Made by a program: the position numbers and the translations under genes. From NCBI GenBank assembly GCA_012026655.1, contig JAAILG010001462.1, forward strand, positions 1 through 64,000: a stretch of DNA of 64,000 nucleotides. The letters run 5' to 3'. Below are positions 44,032 through 55,870 of this stretch, one piece after another. Source of the stretch: Hydrolagus affinis (Eukaryota). The notes under the pieces were generated by a model. That model had not been told where the DNA came from and ran no database searches. It saw nothing but the letters and a program-made list of their open reading frames with translations. How positions within the stretch are numbered: position 1 is the stretch's first letter; the number at the start of each line of letters is the position of its first letter.

Positions 44032-46864
44032 GTAAATGTACAAAATTAAGGGAACTGGTTAAATATATTATTGTTACATAATCGAGTACCTATATTTGAA
44101 GTGGGCTCGCTTCCAAACGCTACATTTTGTAAAAATAAATAAATGTGGATTGGATTGTATCAAACGCTGATTGTACCGGATAACACATTTGCTGCCCAGA
44201 GTTTACATCAACTGTCCGGTATAAACCACTGAGGTGCACCTCCGGTCTGACCTTACTGTTTAAACAAAGTATGGTTTCATTATAAAATTGTCATACGACG
44301 CCAGGAGTTTTCATGCAGCGTCAAAAATCTGAATTGTTTCACGCCTCACAGACACTGACACCGGCACTCGCTGAATAATGTTTACTTGTCAAACGATTAA
44401 ATCCAACCTTGCCGACTGGTGTGTTTATAGTTTAGTAGAGGAACAATAAGTAAGAAGTAAATGTGCAGTCACCCGATTTAAATGTTTTTTTTGTGTGTGT
44501 GTGTGACGGACTGGATGTGGGTTCCGTCTTGCACCTTCTTCCTAAAGTTATTAGCCCAACTAATTATATATATTTTTTCCAGAACAGCGAGTGCTAATGC
44601 GAGCAGTTTTCTTGTGGTTCCAAATGTGTAGCCTCTGGGCAGCCGGACACGTGCCTTTGTTTATTCAGCCCTTCTCTGTGTCTCTTTGATGTTATCTTTT
44701 CTGAAAGGAGCGGATGACACGCGTATTTTGCGGGCATGGTTTCCGCGGCAATGCGGAGAAGGGGCGAATTAGCGAATTTGTACACTTTGTAAAAACAAAC
44801 TGTCAAATGTTTGAGTTGAGACTTAAGGAAAGTCTGACTTCCACGCTTGGATAAATATTTGCGCGAGTTAATAAGAGTATTTACTTGGGTGGGTGGGGAG
44901 GGGGGGAGGGAGGGAGGTGGGGGGAGTTTGCCCTATTGTCTGGCTGTGTGTTCAGTAATCTGCCATCTCCACCAGAGCTCATTTCCATACAGCTGTAAGG
45001 TTTTGCCTGCAGCCGACACCAGACACACCAAGATTATCTGTCTAACGCTCTCTCTATCTCTCTCTCTCTCTCTATTACCGCTCCTTCTTTCAGAAGTAAG
45101 AAATCTCTTAAAGAGCACTTTTCAGACGAAATCAGATTACAGGCTTATATTTTATTGCGGGAAAAATGATAAAAACAATATAGTAGGATTATGATTTGGC
45201 TGATCCTACAACTTTAATCTAATGCCTTGTGTGCGTGTGTGAGAGAGGGCGGGGTGTGGGGGGATAGACTGGTTTGATTCTTTGGGCTGAGCAGTGCAGG
45301 ATCTTGAGATATCTCACCCACATCTGCAGCAAAACAGCAGGGACCCGATGCTGTGAAGATGAACAAATACATTTCAGTAAAGTGGTTGAGTTTGACTATG
45401 TTTAAAGCGTGTTATAGTTTTGCGACTGATTTTAAAACTGTGTACAATTTATCAGTGCGATAAGTGCTGCCGGATATTTATTTACATACGTTATTGGAAT
45501 TGTTGCTGAATGATTTGGGATTCGTTTGGAATTCATTTGGAATTTCTTGAACCCTCCCAGTTTAACATAGGGGAGGTAGTTCAATGGCTTTAGACTTCCA
45601 GTGTGCGCACTCGAGATAGAGAGACGCACGACAGAGTTGTCTTGGTTAAGATTGTATAATTCTGCTCCTTGTGGTTGTTCTGAAAGTAAAGAGTCTGATC
45701 AGAACATAGTATCCCACAGGGCACCAGTAAATAATGAGTATTCATCAGACCCTGATCTCTCACTGATCTCTCTCTACTGTTAATGTCTGGAATGATCAGA
45801 TTGGGCTGTATGATACATACAGCCCAATGTGGCTTCAATGTTATTTCACTGCTAAAAAAAAATCATTCTGCGACCAAGGTAGATAAATGTAGGACGCATC
45901 TATTAAACAGTAGCTACATCATGAGTAAAAATTACTTGTCAGGTTTACTGAATGGGATGCAGGTGTAAAGGGCAACATATGCAGTTATTTATAATATAAT
46001 GGAAAGTGCTGCTTTTCCACACAGCTTCTGAGTAAACAGTCAGGGAGAGATTGGGTGAAATTGTTTGGCATTACGATTCATTCTGCACATAGTCTGTTTT
46101 TGCACCCACGCCATACAGAAAATAAGCACTGGCTTTCTTAGAGTAATTATCTGAACTTCACCAACCCTTTCAATGGTTTCACGCAGGGCGGATTAGCACA
46201 ATATAGGTTACCATGTGTTATTTCAGTCAGTTCCGTTAATTAGATTGCAACGAATAGCAAGTAGTACTATAAATTAAGTGAATGCAAAACAAAAGCCCGA
46301 GCAGAGAGGTGCATAGTACCGTTCTTTTTTTAAAAAAAATAGTATTTTAAGCGGCATCACATCAATGTGGCAAATATGGCAGATGTCTTCCCTTGTTTAT
46401 TATTTACATTTTGTTTACTCGCAGTTTTCGTGTAACCCGAAGCTCACTCACTGGCTGGCAGACTGGAGTCATTCGACACCAGCTGGTAACAAGACATGTT
46501 TATGCTGTGATGTCCTTGACGCTTCAATAATGACGGGGAAACCCGCATGTGCCTGTACTGTACAATCTCTCCCCCCCCACCCTTCCCCCCCCCACACACA
46601 AACAGCAACTACTCGAGTATCCAATGTCCGTCTAGCGCCAAGAAACAAATTAGGAGTTTAATTTCAAATGTCTTCTCACACCTTTGGAAGCATTATCAAT
46701 ATATATTGTATCGCTTAATTAACCGACTGCATTGGAACAATGCTTAATGTCTGTTTCCTCCTGTCTGTCATTCGTAATATTAAAACATAATAGGGTATCA
46801 TAATTAACGCATGGTACAACATTTGATGGACTCTAGTGACTGTGTATTTTGTAGATGGTTTTGT

Positions 46865-47189
46865 CCATGGCAGCCAAGTTGCTCGCAGCAATATCCCACA
46901 AACAACATGAAGTGAATGATTATTTTTTAGCTGGATGATGTTGGTGAGGATACTCGGACAAGCGTATTTCTCTTTTTGAATAGTGCCATGGAATCTTTAC
47001 CATCCACCTGAACAGGCAGACTTGATTTTAGTGTCTCATCTGAAGGACAAAAACACCCGACAATGCAATGCTCTCACAGCACTCCACTCTCACAGAGTAC
47101 CAGCCCAGAACTGAGCTCAAAGTCTTGTTGAATTAAGTTTACAGCCACAACCTTTACTCAAAGGCAAGAATTGCTACCAAATGAGCTAG
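46865..47189 (-). mobile_element. tRNA/Deu-domain SINE (SacSINE1/AmnSINE-like), old
   Basis: Reverse strand reads GTCTGCCTGTTCAGGTGGATGGTAAAGATTCCATGGCACTATTCAAAAAGAG..TGTTTGTGGGATATTGCTG..TTGGCTGCC, matching the recalled Deu core. Confidence 0.7.
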
Positions 47190-47562
47190 CTGGACACACA
47201 TTTCCATTGGAACAGTATACATCAGCTTAGAAGGTACAGGACACTCACTCATGTGTTGCTAAACATTTGACCCAGTTTAAGAGTAATTTATTCACATATA
47301 TTGGCACATTTGAGAAATTGTCTTCCATTATGCAGATATTTGTTAACTCTCCAGCAACTTTCATCGAGATCAAATACCTATATCCTTAGGTGACAAGAGG
47401 TTTGAAAGAAGATATTTCGGCCCATTTAATCTCATTCTTTCAAAATACTTGCCCATCTGTCTTCCCTTTACAGCACTAAGTTATTTTAAAAATTAATTAA
47501 GTATTTGGCCTCTATTACCCTTCCTGGTAATCTGTCCATCTGTTAATTGTTTTACGTGTAAA

Positions 47563-47780
47563 GTAATAATAATCCTTGCATTTGATATAGCACTTTTCAC
47601 TTCTTTTAGATGTCTCAGTGTTTCAAGTGATTTAGTAAAGTGTATTCATTGTATATTTGTGAGTGAAACACGGCAGCCAATTGAAGTAACCAATTTTACT
47701 TTTCTTGAGGGATTATTATCAGGTGTGTGGAGTAAGGAAACTACTGAGACATCTCACAAGCATTATTACCTCTGAGCTCC
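47563..47780 (-). mobile_element. tRNA-SINE copy, partial
   Basis: Tail, body and GTGTGGAGTAAGGAAAC shared with the 38042 copy. Confidence 0.7.
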
Positions 47781-47831
47781 AAGACTCTGTCCGACTTGAA
47801 GAGCATTTTTTAAGTGCAAGTTGTTGTTGTT

Positions 47832-48234
47832 CTGGTCCTCGCCTTCAAAGCCTTCCATAGCCTTGCTCTCCCCACCCCTACTTCTGCGACCTCCTAACCC
47901 CCTACCAACCTATCCACTCCCTCTGGTCAGTGGGCTCTGGCCTGATTCGTCCCCCACCTCAATTGCCCTACCATTGGTGGGTCTGCCATCAGCTATTCTA
48001 CCCCAATCCTCTGGAACTCCATCCTGCAATCCCTCCATCTTGCCCCATCCCTTGCTTCTTTCAAGACCTGCCTCAAGACCCTCCTCTTCGACCATGCACA
48101 TGATCAACCTCATTGCCCCCTGGCCTCCACCTTCCCCAATCCCGACCCCCAACTTGGGTTCAAAATACTGTCTGTCCAGCATCTTGGTATACCAATGTGA
48201 AAGATGCTCTAAAATGTAATTTTGATGTTGTTGT
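47832..48234 (+). mobile_element. L2 LINE 3' fragment
   Basis: Homologous to 8616-8995 (CTCTGGAACTCCATCCTGCAATCC; TTCAAGACCTGCCTCAAGACC); (GTT)n tail. Confidence 0.78.
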
Positions 48235-48680
48235 GATGTAAATTCAAGAAGCATTATGCAAATTGGCAGTTAAATTGTTTCTGAACATCCCTGACATGTA
48301 GCAACATAAAGGCCGTTTAGTATTGCATTTGCTCTCACGGACAGTGTAAATGAAGGTACTTGCTCATGAGTGTTTAAGTTTATTCATGGGGAGTGGGTAC
48401 ATGGAGAGTCCTGACAATCTATGCCAACAGGTAGTTCCACCATAGGGTTGCATTGCTTGCTACCCACATGTGCACTGTACAGGAGGGCTCATTTGAATAA
48501 CAGTGGAATGAGAAGACAGGCATCTGAGTGGGAACATCAAATATATTACCAAAGAAAATATTGAGTGATATTATCCCATTCCCCAGCTCCTATTAATATG
48601 CCTCAGTATCCTGTTATTCCCATATATTAGCACATATAAGAAATTGTCTTCCATTGTGCAGATATTCATTAACTATTATC

Positions 48681-48908
48681 CAGATCAAGGCCTTGTTCTC
48701 ATCCTCGTCCTCACTTTCAAGGCCCTCCATGGCCTTTCCCATCCTACATCTCTGACCCCTATCAACCTGTCCACTCCCTCCACTTAGCAAACTCAGGCCT
48801 GCTCCAGGTCTCCCACCTGATCTTTGGGAGAACCCTGATTGTTCAGCGCCTTCAGACATTGTCCCGACGTGAAAGGTGCTTTACAAATGTAATGAATGTG
48901 TTGTTGTT
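48681..48908 (+). mobile_element. L2 fragment, internally deleted
   Basis: TTCAAGGCCCTCCATGGCCTT..; tail CAGCGCCTTCAGACATTGTCCCGACGTGAAAGGTGCTTTACAAATGTAA. Confidence 0.65.
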
Positions 48909-48982
48909 ATTGCACCAGCAGGATCTGTTTCGTGTTCCCACACAAGACATAGCGTGGATTGTCTGAGTAAGATTTTCTATTT

Positions 48983-49284
48983 ATAATGATAATCCTTGCA
49001 TTTGTTATAGAGCTTTTCATATCTTCCAGATGTCTCAAAGCGCTTCTCAGAATATACCGTGAAGTGAATTGACTGTATATTTGTGGATGAAACATGGCAG
49101 GCAATTGCACAAAACAGTGTCCCATGAACAGTCATGGATTGAAATGACCAATTTTTTGTTTTAGGGGGATTATGATCAGGCGTGTGGATTAAGGAAACTT
49201 GCCCAAGGTTTCGATCTGCCTGGAATCGAACCCAGGTCTCTCACTTGCAAGGCAAGTACTCTAACCACTGAGCTACAGGACTCC
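48983..49284 (-). mobile_element. Full-length tRNA-derived SINE
   Basis: Reverse complement of the 38042 family with intact A box and B box GGGTTCGATTCC. Confidence 0.88.
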
Positions 49285-49337
49285 ATTTCATACCAATTTA
49301 TGTAAAACCCAGGCATAAATAATTTATTGGAATCAAT

Positions 49338-49553
49338 CCCACTCTGTGTGGATCTGTGGCAATAAGTTATTGTTGAACTGAGTCAAGTGTTTAACAGCAC
49401 GTGAGTGAGTGACCTGCATGTTCTATCCTTTTAATTCACTTCCTGTTGCTTGTTCAGCTCTGATATGTCAGATAATGCAGGTCACTCACTCGTGTGCTGT
49501 GAAAACCGTGGCTGAGTTTAACAACATATTCCCACAAACCCATACAGAGCGGG
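49338..49553. repeat. Long imperfect inverted repeat (~85-bp arms), MITE-like
   Basis: ACAGCACGTGAGTGAGTGACCTGCAT / ATGCAGGTCACTCACTCGTGTGCTGT core, extending to CCCACTCTGTGTGG / CCATACAGAGCGGG. Confidence 0.75.
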
Positions 49554-49731
49554 TTTCCACTCTTGCTAACCTTACAAGGTCTTAAATATCCCAACCCCCA
49601 TCCTGTCCCTCCATGCCCTGCTGATGAGCCACCCAGTTGGGTGAACTGTTGACCCGCCCGGTTCAGGAACGGGATTCCGAGGGTCGATTCAATTCCGACG
49701 ATCAAGGTGTTGCCAAATTCTGAAACACACC

Positions 49732-49819
49732 CTTTGAAGTTGGTTTGCTCTGGTTCTTTTTTTAAAAAAAAAAAACTTTTGTAAGTGTTATGTTTAACTA
49801 CAGCAAACCAACTTCAAAG
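49732..49819. repeat. Inverted repeat, perfect 18-bp arms
   Basis: CTTTGAAGTTGGTTTGCT (49732-49749) / AGCAAACCAACTTCAAAG (49802-49819). Confidence 0.8.
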
Positions 49820-49907
49820 TTAAGAGTTGCCAACTGATGGACTATCTGACATACTAGTTAAATAAAGTCAATCGAGACCAGAGTGGGATTTCTCCCCATT
49901 GACCTCG

Positions 49908-49975
49908 TAAGCGCCTTGGGAAGTCCTTCCAACGTGAAAGGCGCAAAACAAATGTAACTTTGTTGTTGCTGTTGT
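49908..49975 (+). mobile_element. L2 3' tail fragment
   Basis: AAGCGCCTTGGGAAGTCCTTCCAACGTGAAAGGCGC..CAAATGTAACTTTGTTGTTG. Confidence 0.7.
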
Positions 49976-52900
49976 GGTAATGTTAGATTCCTTTGTCCAG
50001 TGGTTTGAGAAGCCCTGGGTGTGTATTTTTTACACACACACTCCAATAATTCAGAGTGAAACATGAACTCAGCTCTCATGGAATTGGACTATCGGTTTCC
50101 ACCTTATCAGCTCACTGAATGTAAATCATTTTGAGCAGGGGAGACACCGATCTCTGAAGTTTATATTACACAGCCCATTTGAAAGGTCTCTCTTGGTTCA
50201 TTTCACACTGGAGGACTATTTTCATTACGTCATTGGTTTCTTTACTTTGGAGTGTTGTAGCTGTTGATTTTGCAGCCAGAGTGCAGGGAGCTTACCATTG
50301 CAACTGGCAAAGTGTTTCATTGAAATTCAAAGTAAAACAAAAATTTGAAAGCACCCACGCCGCCGTTTTAATCTTTTTTGGCCGTTACTCTTTGGTTGAT
50401 TCCAGTGACATTAATCAAAACAGAGTCTGGCTTCCTCATTGTGAATATAATGCGTGTAATTAAATTCTTATTCGTATTACAAATTGATTTAAATTAATCA
50501 CTTTTTTTTTCTCCAAATCGTCATTCCTACAGCTTCTACATGAATCGGATCATGGTTGGATTCCCACAGATCTGTTGTATTGTTGGCTTTGCATTTTTCT
50601 GTTTAAAAAGGTCGACGTTCAGATAAAAAGGTTCCACTATCAGCCTGACGCAGACAGACATTCATTAGGGCCCATTATGACTCACGCTTGCCTAGTTTCT
50701 ACTTTCAGCGATAAAGCATCTGTATCCCTGCACCATCTTGTCCCAAATTTGCACAAGTGTATTCAGAGAATATCCCACAGAGGCTACACGTAAAGCGGTT
50801 TTTTTTGTTCAGATTCAGGGATGTTGGAATGACGCTGCAGAATGAATGTGAAGCTTGACAGCGTCTCCTCGCCGAAATCGTGGGAATGTTTCCCTGCTTT
50901 TTCCCAAGTGTACAGCCTAGAGGCTGTTTATTATGTGAGGAGCGGACTGTGTGAGGTTTCACAGTAGCGGCAGCAGTAGGAATGGGGGGGGGGGAGGCTG
51001 GTGAGCAGTTGGTCGCTGGTAGCCAGTGAGAAAGGCCAGGCCAGCTGGGCTCTACCTCGCTCAGGGAAACTGCAATCAAAGAGATAAGAGTTGATACGCA
51101 ATTCCATCTGGGATCTTACCTCGTCCTTTTTTTTATATACAATAGTAAAAATGTTAAAATGCCAAAAGATTATCCTGAAAATAAATCTAAATACGGCAGC
51201 ATATTTACTGGCTATCAAAATTTACACATTTCATTTCATGGCTGCCACTCTTAGTGCTGTCAGCAAAAGAATGATAAAATAGACCCTGTTGAGCTTTCGA
51301 GAGGCACACACAAGGAAAAAAAAATCCAATTTATTTGGCATTTTGCAGTAGTATGTTGCTGAAAATCCTATTATTGTGGGTGGTGTTCAGGCCGTGATAA
51401 TGTAAGGTGTTGACTTTCTTGAACACTTGGTTTGATGGGTCTAGATACCTGTGACAAATTGTAGACTTCAATACTCGCTGCAACAATATTAGGTTCAATA
51501 CCAGGTTGAAAATTGTAGACTTCAACACTGGGTTCAACAGCCATTGTACATATACACACACATACACATACACTCTATCGCTGCCACTTCCTAGCTTCCA
51601 CATTGCCATCTGCTGCGCTTGTGAAACTCTCCGTTAGATTGTTGTCTTAATTACATTTCAGTTACTATTTATCCAGCAGTTATTGTGTTCACAATAACTT
51701 TCCATCTGCTTGTCAGAAAATAACAACGTGTGCTTTCGTGGGGAGGCTAAGAAACACGAGGAAACTGAAAAATCTCGTTGCGATTTCAATTTGTTTCATT
51801 CCCGTTCAACAACTATCATTTTTTTTTTGTCCGATAGATTTAACGTTTCCCTGAATATAACACTTTTTATCATGTTCATTAAAAAAAATAACCCGAGGTA
51901 GCCAGGCGCCTCGCGAGGTGATGCGCGTTTATAACTGTGTCAGAGCAATCAATAATGGATGGAGACCGAGGTCAGTTTCAGACATACACACAAAGCTGAG
52001 AGCCTTCGCTATTCGCTTTAAACTGTAAATATGCTCCACGTAGTCACATTACGCTGATGCCAGTGCATATGCATCGCTGAGGTGTGTCAGATCTCCACAG
52101 TTTTGCTGGATCGTGTGTCACATCTCCACAGTCTTGCTATGAAATGATAGATACCTCGCTTGCCGACCCATCTCCTCAACAACAAGTCTCCCTTTAACGC
52201 GAAGGCAGCAGTTGCAATGCGAGTGTAACACAGGGGAGGACTTTGGTCGCTACGCTTTTATATGTGGCATTTCTTAACCTGAATCTATTGGCTCTCCTTC
52301 TACATCAACTTTTCTGCTGGAGAAACTTGCGACTGCGAATCATCAGTCCTACTGTATTTACCGAAGGCCTTCACAGTTTTAGTCTATTGACAACCCAAAC
52401 AAGTACCTCTGTACTTTGAAATACAGGCACAGTCCAGAGATCATACGTTTTGAGATCAGAGTATCCGATTGTATGCCTCCCCAATACTAATGTGATTTTG
52501 TTGTTGTATATTTATAATGTTTTCTATCACATCATTTCGCCTACAGAATACACTGTAGATGTAGGTTACCATATATTCTTTGCAACGACGTTTCAACGAC
52601 GTGAGAAGGCGTCTTATCAAATGCGCGGATTTCATATTTTTCCTCTTCTTAGTTTTATTTGTACATCTCCAGTTACATGCGATTCTGAATTCCTACATAT
52701 AGTATTCACATTGAAAGATTGGAGGTGTGTATGTTTGGGTTGGGGGTGGGGGTGGGTGGGGGAGAGAGAGAGAGAGAGTGTGGAGAGGTTTCCAATACAT
52801 TTATTCTTCAGATGTTACTATGCAAGTATGTAAGTTGTGATCTGGTGTGAGTACAGCGCGTGGATAGATTTTTCACACAGGGCAGCTGCTGCTCAGTGCT

Positions 52901-55061
52901 GGAAGCTCCCACTCACTGTTCATTCTCCTGCTGTGGAGCCATGACGAACTCCTCTCATCTCTGACCACATGATGCACTTGTCTAGCGGACACCCCGCTGT
53001 TCTGGATGAGCACTTTCACGTTTGTTTTCTGCCAATTACGCTTCCTGAAATAAAAACAAAAGAAGAGCAAAATGAAATGGCTTTGCTGAGGGGGGAACGC
53101 CTCGACTGATATCTTGTTTAATTGGTTTCTTTCTATTCGGGGGTTGTTTGGTCGGTGTGGCTTGATATCTATGTTGTTGTGTGTGTCACCAGAATGAAAC
53201 CGAGCTGTGCTCTGCCATACAAGCCCCGTGCGAGCACTTTAGGGATTAAAACCTCTTTCTTCGCTTTGTGTGCAGTGACAGGCCTTTTCTCCATAGGTGC
53301 CAATTATAAGATTATTATCAGCTCTTCAATGTTAGCAGAGTCACGCAGAAGGCTGAGCTGACAAATTACTCCTTAGATAGCGTTGTACAAAGACAAGACA
53401 GACAATACATCATCATTTACCCTACCCAAGGCTTATTAATTACATATTAATGGGAGCAGCGCCGTGTGCATTGGAATTGCCAGCAACAAGGGTGTACGTT
53501 TCCTTATCAAAACCCGACGTCTGTGCAGTGCTGGTGTTCCAGTAATCCGTTTTCATCGTCTAATAAGAAATATTGACAATTAACCGTGTCACAGTAAACA
53601 CACAGGGGAGGGGAGGCAGACTTGCCTTTGTTAAAAACCAAACCAAACGTTCAAAATATTGCCCCCACCCCGCCTTTCCGTATTGGAAATACCGAGTAAT
53701 AAACAGGATGCCTCTTTTTTTTTGGTGGGGGGGGGGTATTTTGGGGACAGTGTCCAGTTGTTTATCACAGGCGACTTGTCCAAAAAAAGTCTAAAAGATT
53801 ATATTGTGAATCAGAAACTGTGTACAGATACAGCAATAATGGCGTGAACCCAATTCAAGAATGCCGCCCCCTGAATACCGCTCACCCGCTCTCCACAATG
53901 TGAATTAACCTAATAGCTATAGCAAGAAAGACACAAACTAGCCAATTTTCAGCTCTGTTGTTCCCAGTGAAAGGGCATGAAAGTAATCTGGTGTATAAAA
54001 TGTTCCTTTTCCCTCAAGACTGTCCACGTAGTTATGTCACTGTTAATTTCTTGGGGATTAAATTATCCAGAACTGTTTAATGTAACGCTCTTGTGACTTC
54101 TTGCAGTCATACATTTTCCTGAACATCAACGCTTCTGATGGCACTTCTATTATTTATGTGCAAGACCTCCCCCCACTCTTCAATATTACTCTGGCCCCAA
54201 GTGTCTTACAAGCCACTCTTTATCTTTGTTTAGACGCTGCCTGTACAGAACTGCTGATGTGGAATTGCTTTCATTATTGTGGTGGTGTGTTTTTTCAGCC
54301 TAGCTCTTCTCCCCCCCCACCACCACCACCTCCCCTCCCACCCAACATTCATCACTGTTAACACTTGTTCTTCTCTTTCAGTGTGAGCAACTGCTGCTTG
54401 CCTTCATACAAATGGTTTCTGTGAATCTGACAGCCTGTGTCTGTCTGCCTGTCTTGACTCTCACGTTAAACACAAGACGAACGCGTCCACATCCTTTTGT
54501 TCAGCTGTGTTAAAACAGCATTTCTCAATGAAACAGCTACCTCTGTTCCACAGCCACTCATCCGGATAACCTACCATGTGCTCCCTTTAGACTGGAGAGA
54601 ATGCTGTGCAAACCCAATATTTCATCTAATATTTTCTTCATTAAAATTAAGATCTTTATTTTGGGGGGAAAATCTCCTTTGCGCTGCTTAAAATCTTTTC
54701 TGGGTCAATTTTACATGAAATCCGAGCTTGTGTAATTAATTAACTCAGAGAGAGAGAGAGAGAGATATGCTGGAAACCTTTTTATCACAAATACAATCTA
54801 ATTTCATTTCAAACGTAATATAACCACAAACCTCCCCATAAAAAGAATGCTTGTATATATTTATCTTCAGAGAGAGGGAGAGAGAGAGAAAAGGAGAAAG
54901 AACGCGTGACTTTTAGATCTTTTTCAGAGACTCTTTTTGTTAAACATACATGTATTGAGTGTTTCAGGCAGATATTTCTCTGTTGGGAGCCGGGTGCCGC
55001 CTAAGCCTCAGACAGACACTGAAGGATTAGGGTCGATCCCGAAAGGATCATCAGGCGATGA

Positions 55062-55089
55062 TTCAGCACCATGGGGTATGGACAGCTCC
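55062..55089 (+). promoter_or_regulatory. Expanded (split) RE1/NRSE, 9-nt spacer
   Basis: TTCAGCACC-atggggtat-GGACAGCTCC; both half-sites near consensus. Confidence 0.65.
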
Positions 55090-55562
55090 AGTAACTGCAG
55101 GCACCAACAGGCAAAGGGATTAGAGCTGGCGTCTTAATTAAATTTTAATTATTGCTAATTAGAGTCACTGTTCCTTTGGCCTTGCCAACACGACACGTCA
55201 AGTTATGATAGTGCTTCTTGGAGTCGAAAATAAAACATGTTCATAAGATAATCTCAAATGGTAAATAAAGCCATCCTACCGTAAAACATTGACTGAAAAC
55301 CAGCCTACAATGCAGACATTATACTTCTTTGCGAATCGTGTGTAATGCTTTGAGACATCTTCCGGATGTGAGATGTCCTATGTCAAAAGCCAATAACTAA
55401 TTGTTATTAGTATCCACAACAGGTTACTCGATGTCTGTAAAATAGACAGATTACTGTTTCTTGTTTCCATTTTAGTCATATCCCAAAAATTCAACTCCCC
55501 GCACCCCCCGCCCCCTTTCAGATTCACTTTTATTCATAGTTTGACCACTGACAGCATTAAGT

Positions 55563-55870
55563 CAATAATCCTGGCATTTGGTATTCAAATCAGGAGGATG
55601 TCTCAAAGTGCTTCTTGGTGTAGTGACTGTATTTTGCAGGCAAATTTGTGCACAGCAATGTCCCTCAAACAGCCATAAAATGAATGGTCATATTTGTCTT
55701 GAGGATAAATTGATGCTGACAAGGACACAAGGAGAAATTGCCTTCGCTTACTGAATACAAATGTAATTTTGTTGAATAGTGCAGGTGGGAATTTTAACTT
55801 CCACCTGAATTGGCAGACAGGTGTTCATTCTAAAGTCCTTTCTGAAGGAAGGCACGTTTGGTAATGCAGA
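55563..55870 (-). mobile_element. Deu-domain SINE, partial, old
   Basis: Tail AATCCTGGCATTTG..GATGTCTCAAAG; CCACCTGAATTGGCAGAC reverse Deu core. Confidence 0.6.

Larger units (their letters stand above)
40880..44800. promoter_or_regulatory. CpG island over the INSM2 gene body and upstream region
   Basis: Abundant CpG compared with the CpG-depleted RALGAPA1 introns; judged by eye, boundaries approximate. Confidence 0.7.

Noticed and set aside
44887-44924. G-quadruplex-forming G tract
   Set aside because: Similar G/C tracts recur throughout the window; nothing singles this one out
49615-49665. Hammerhead-ribozyme-like CTGATGAG-CCACCC-AGTT-GGGTG-AAC
   Set aside because: The GAAA core is missing and stems I and III cannot be formed; at best a dead remnant
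51420-51545. Direct repeats AAATTGTAGACTTCAA with spacers (CRISPR-like look)
   Set aside because: Only two copies in a eukaryotic context; a degenerate local tandem duplication, like the 31-bp duplication at ~52082-52138
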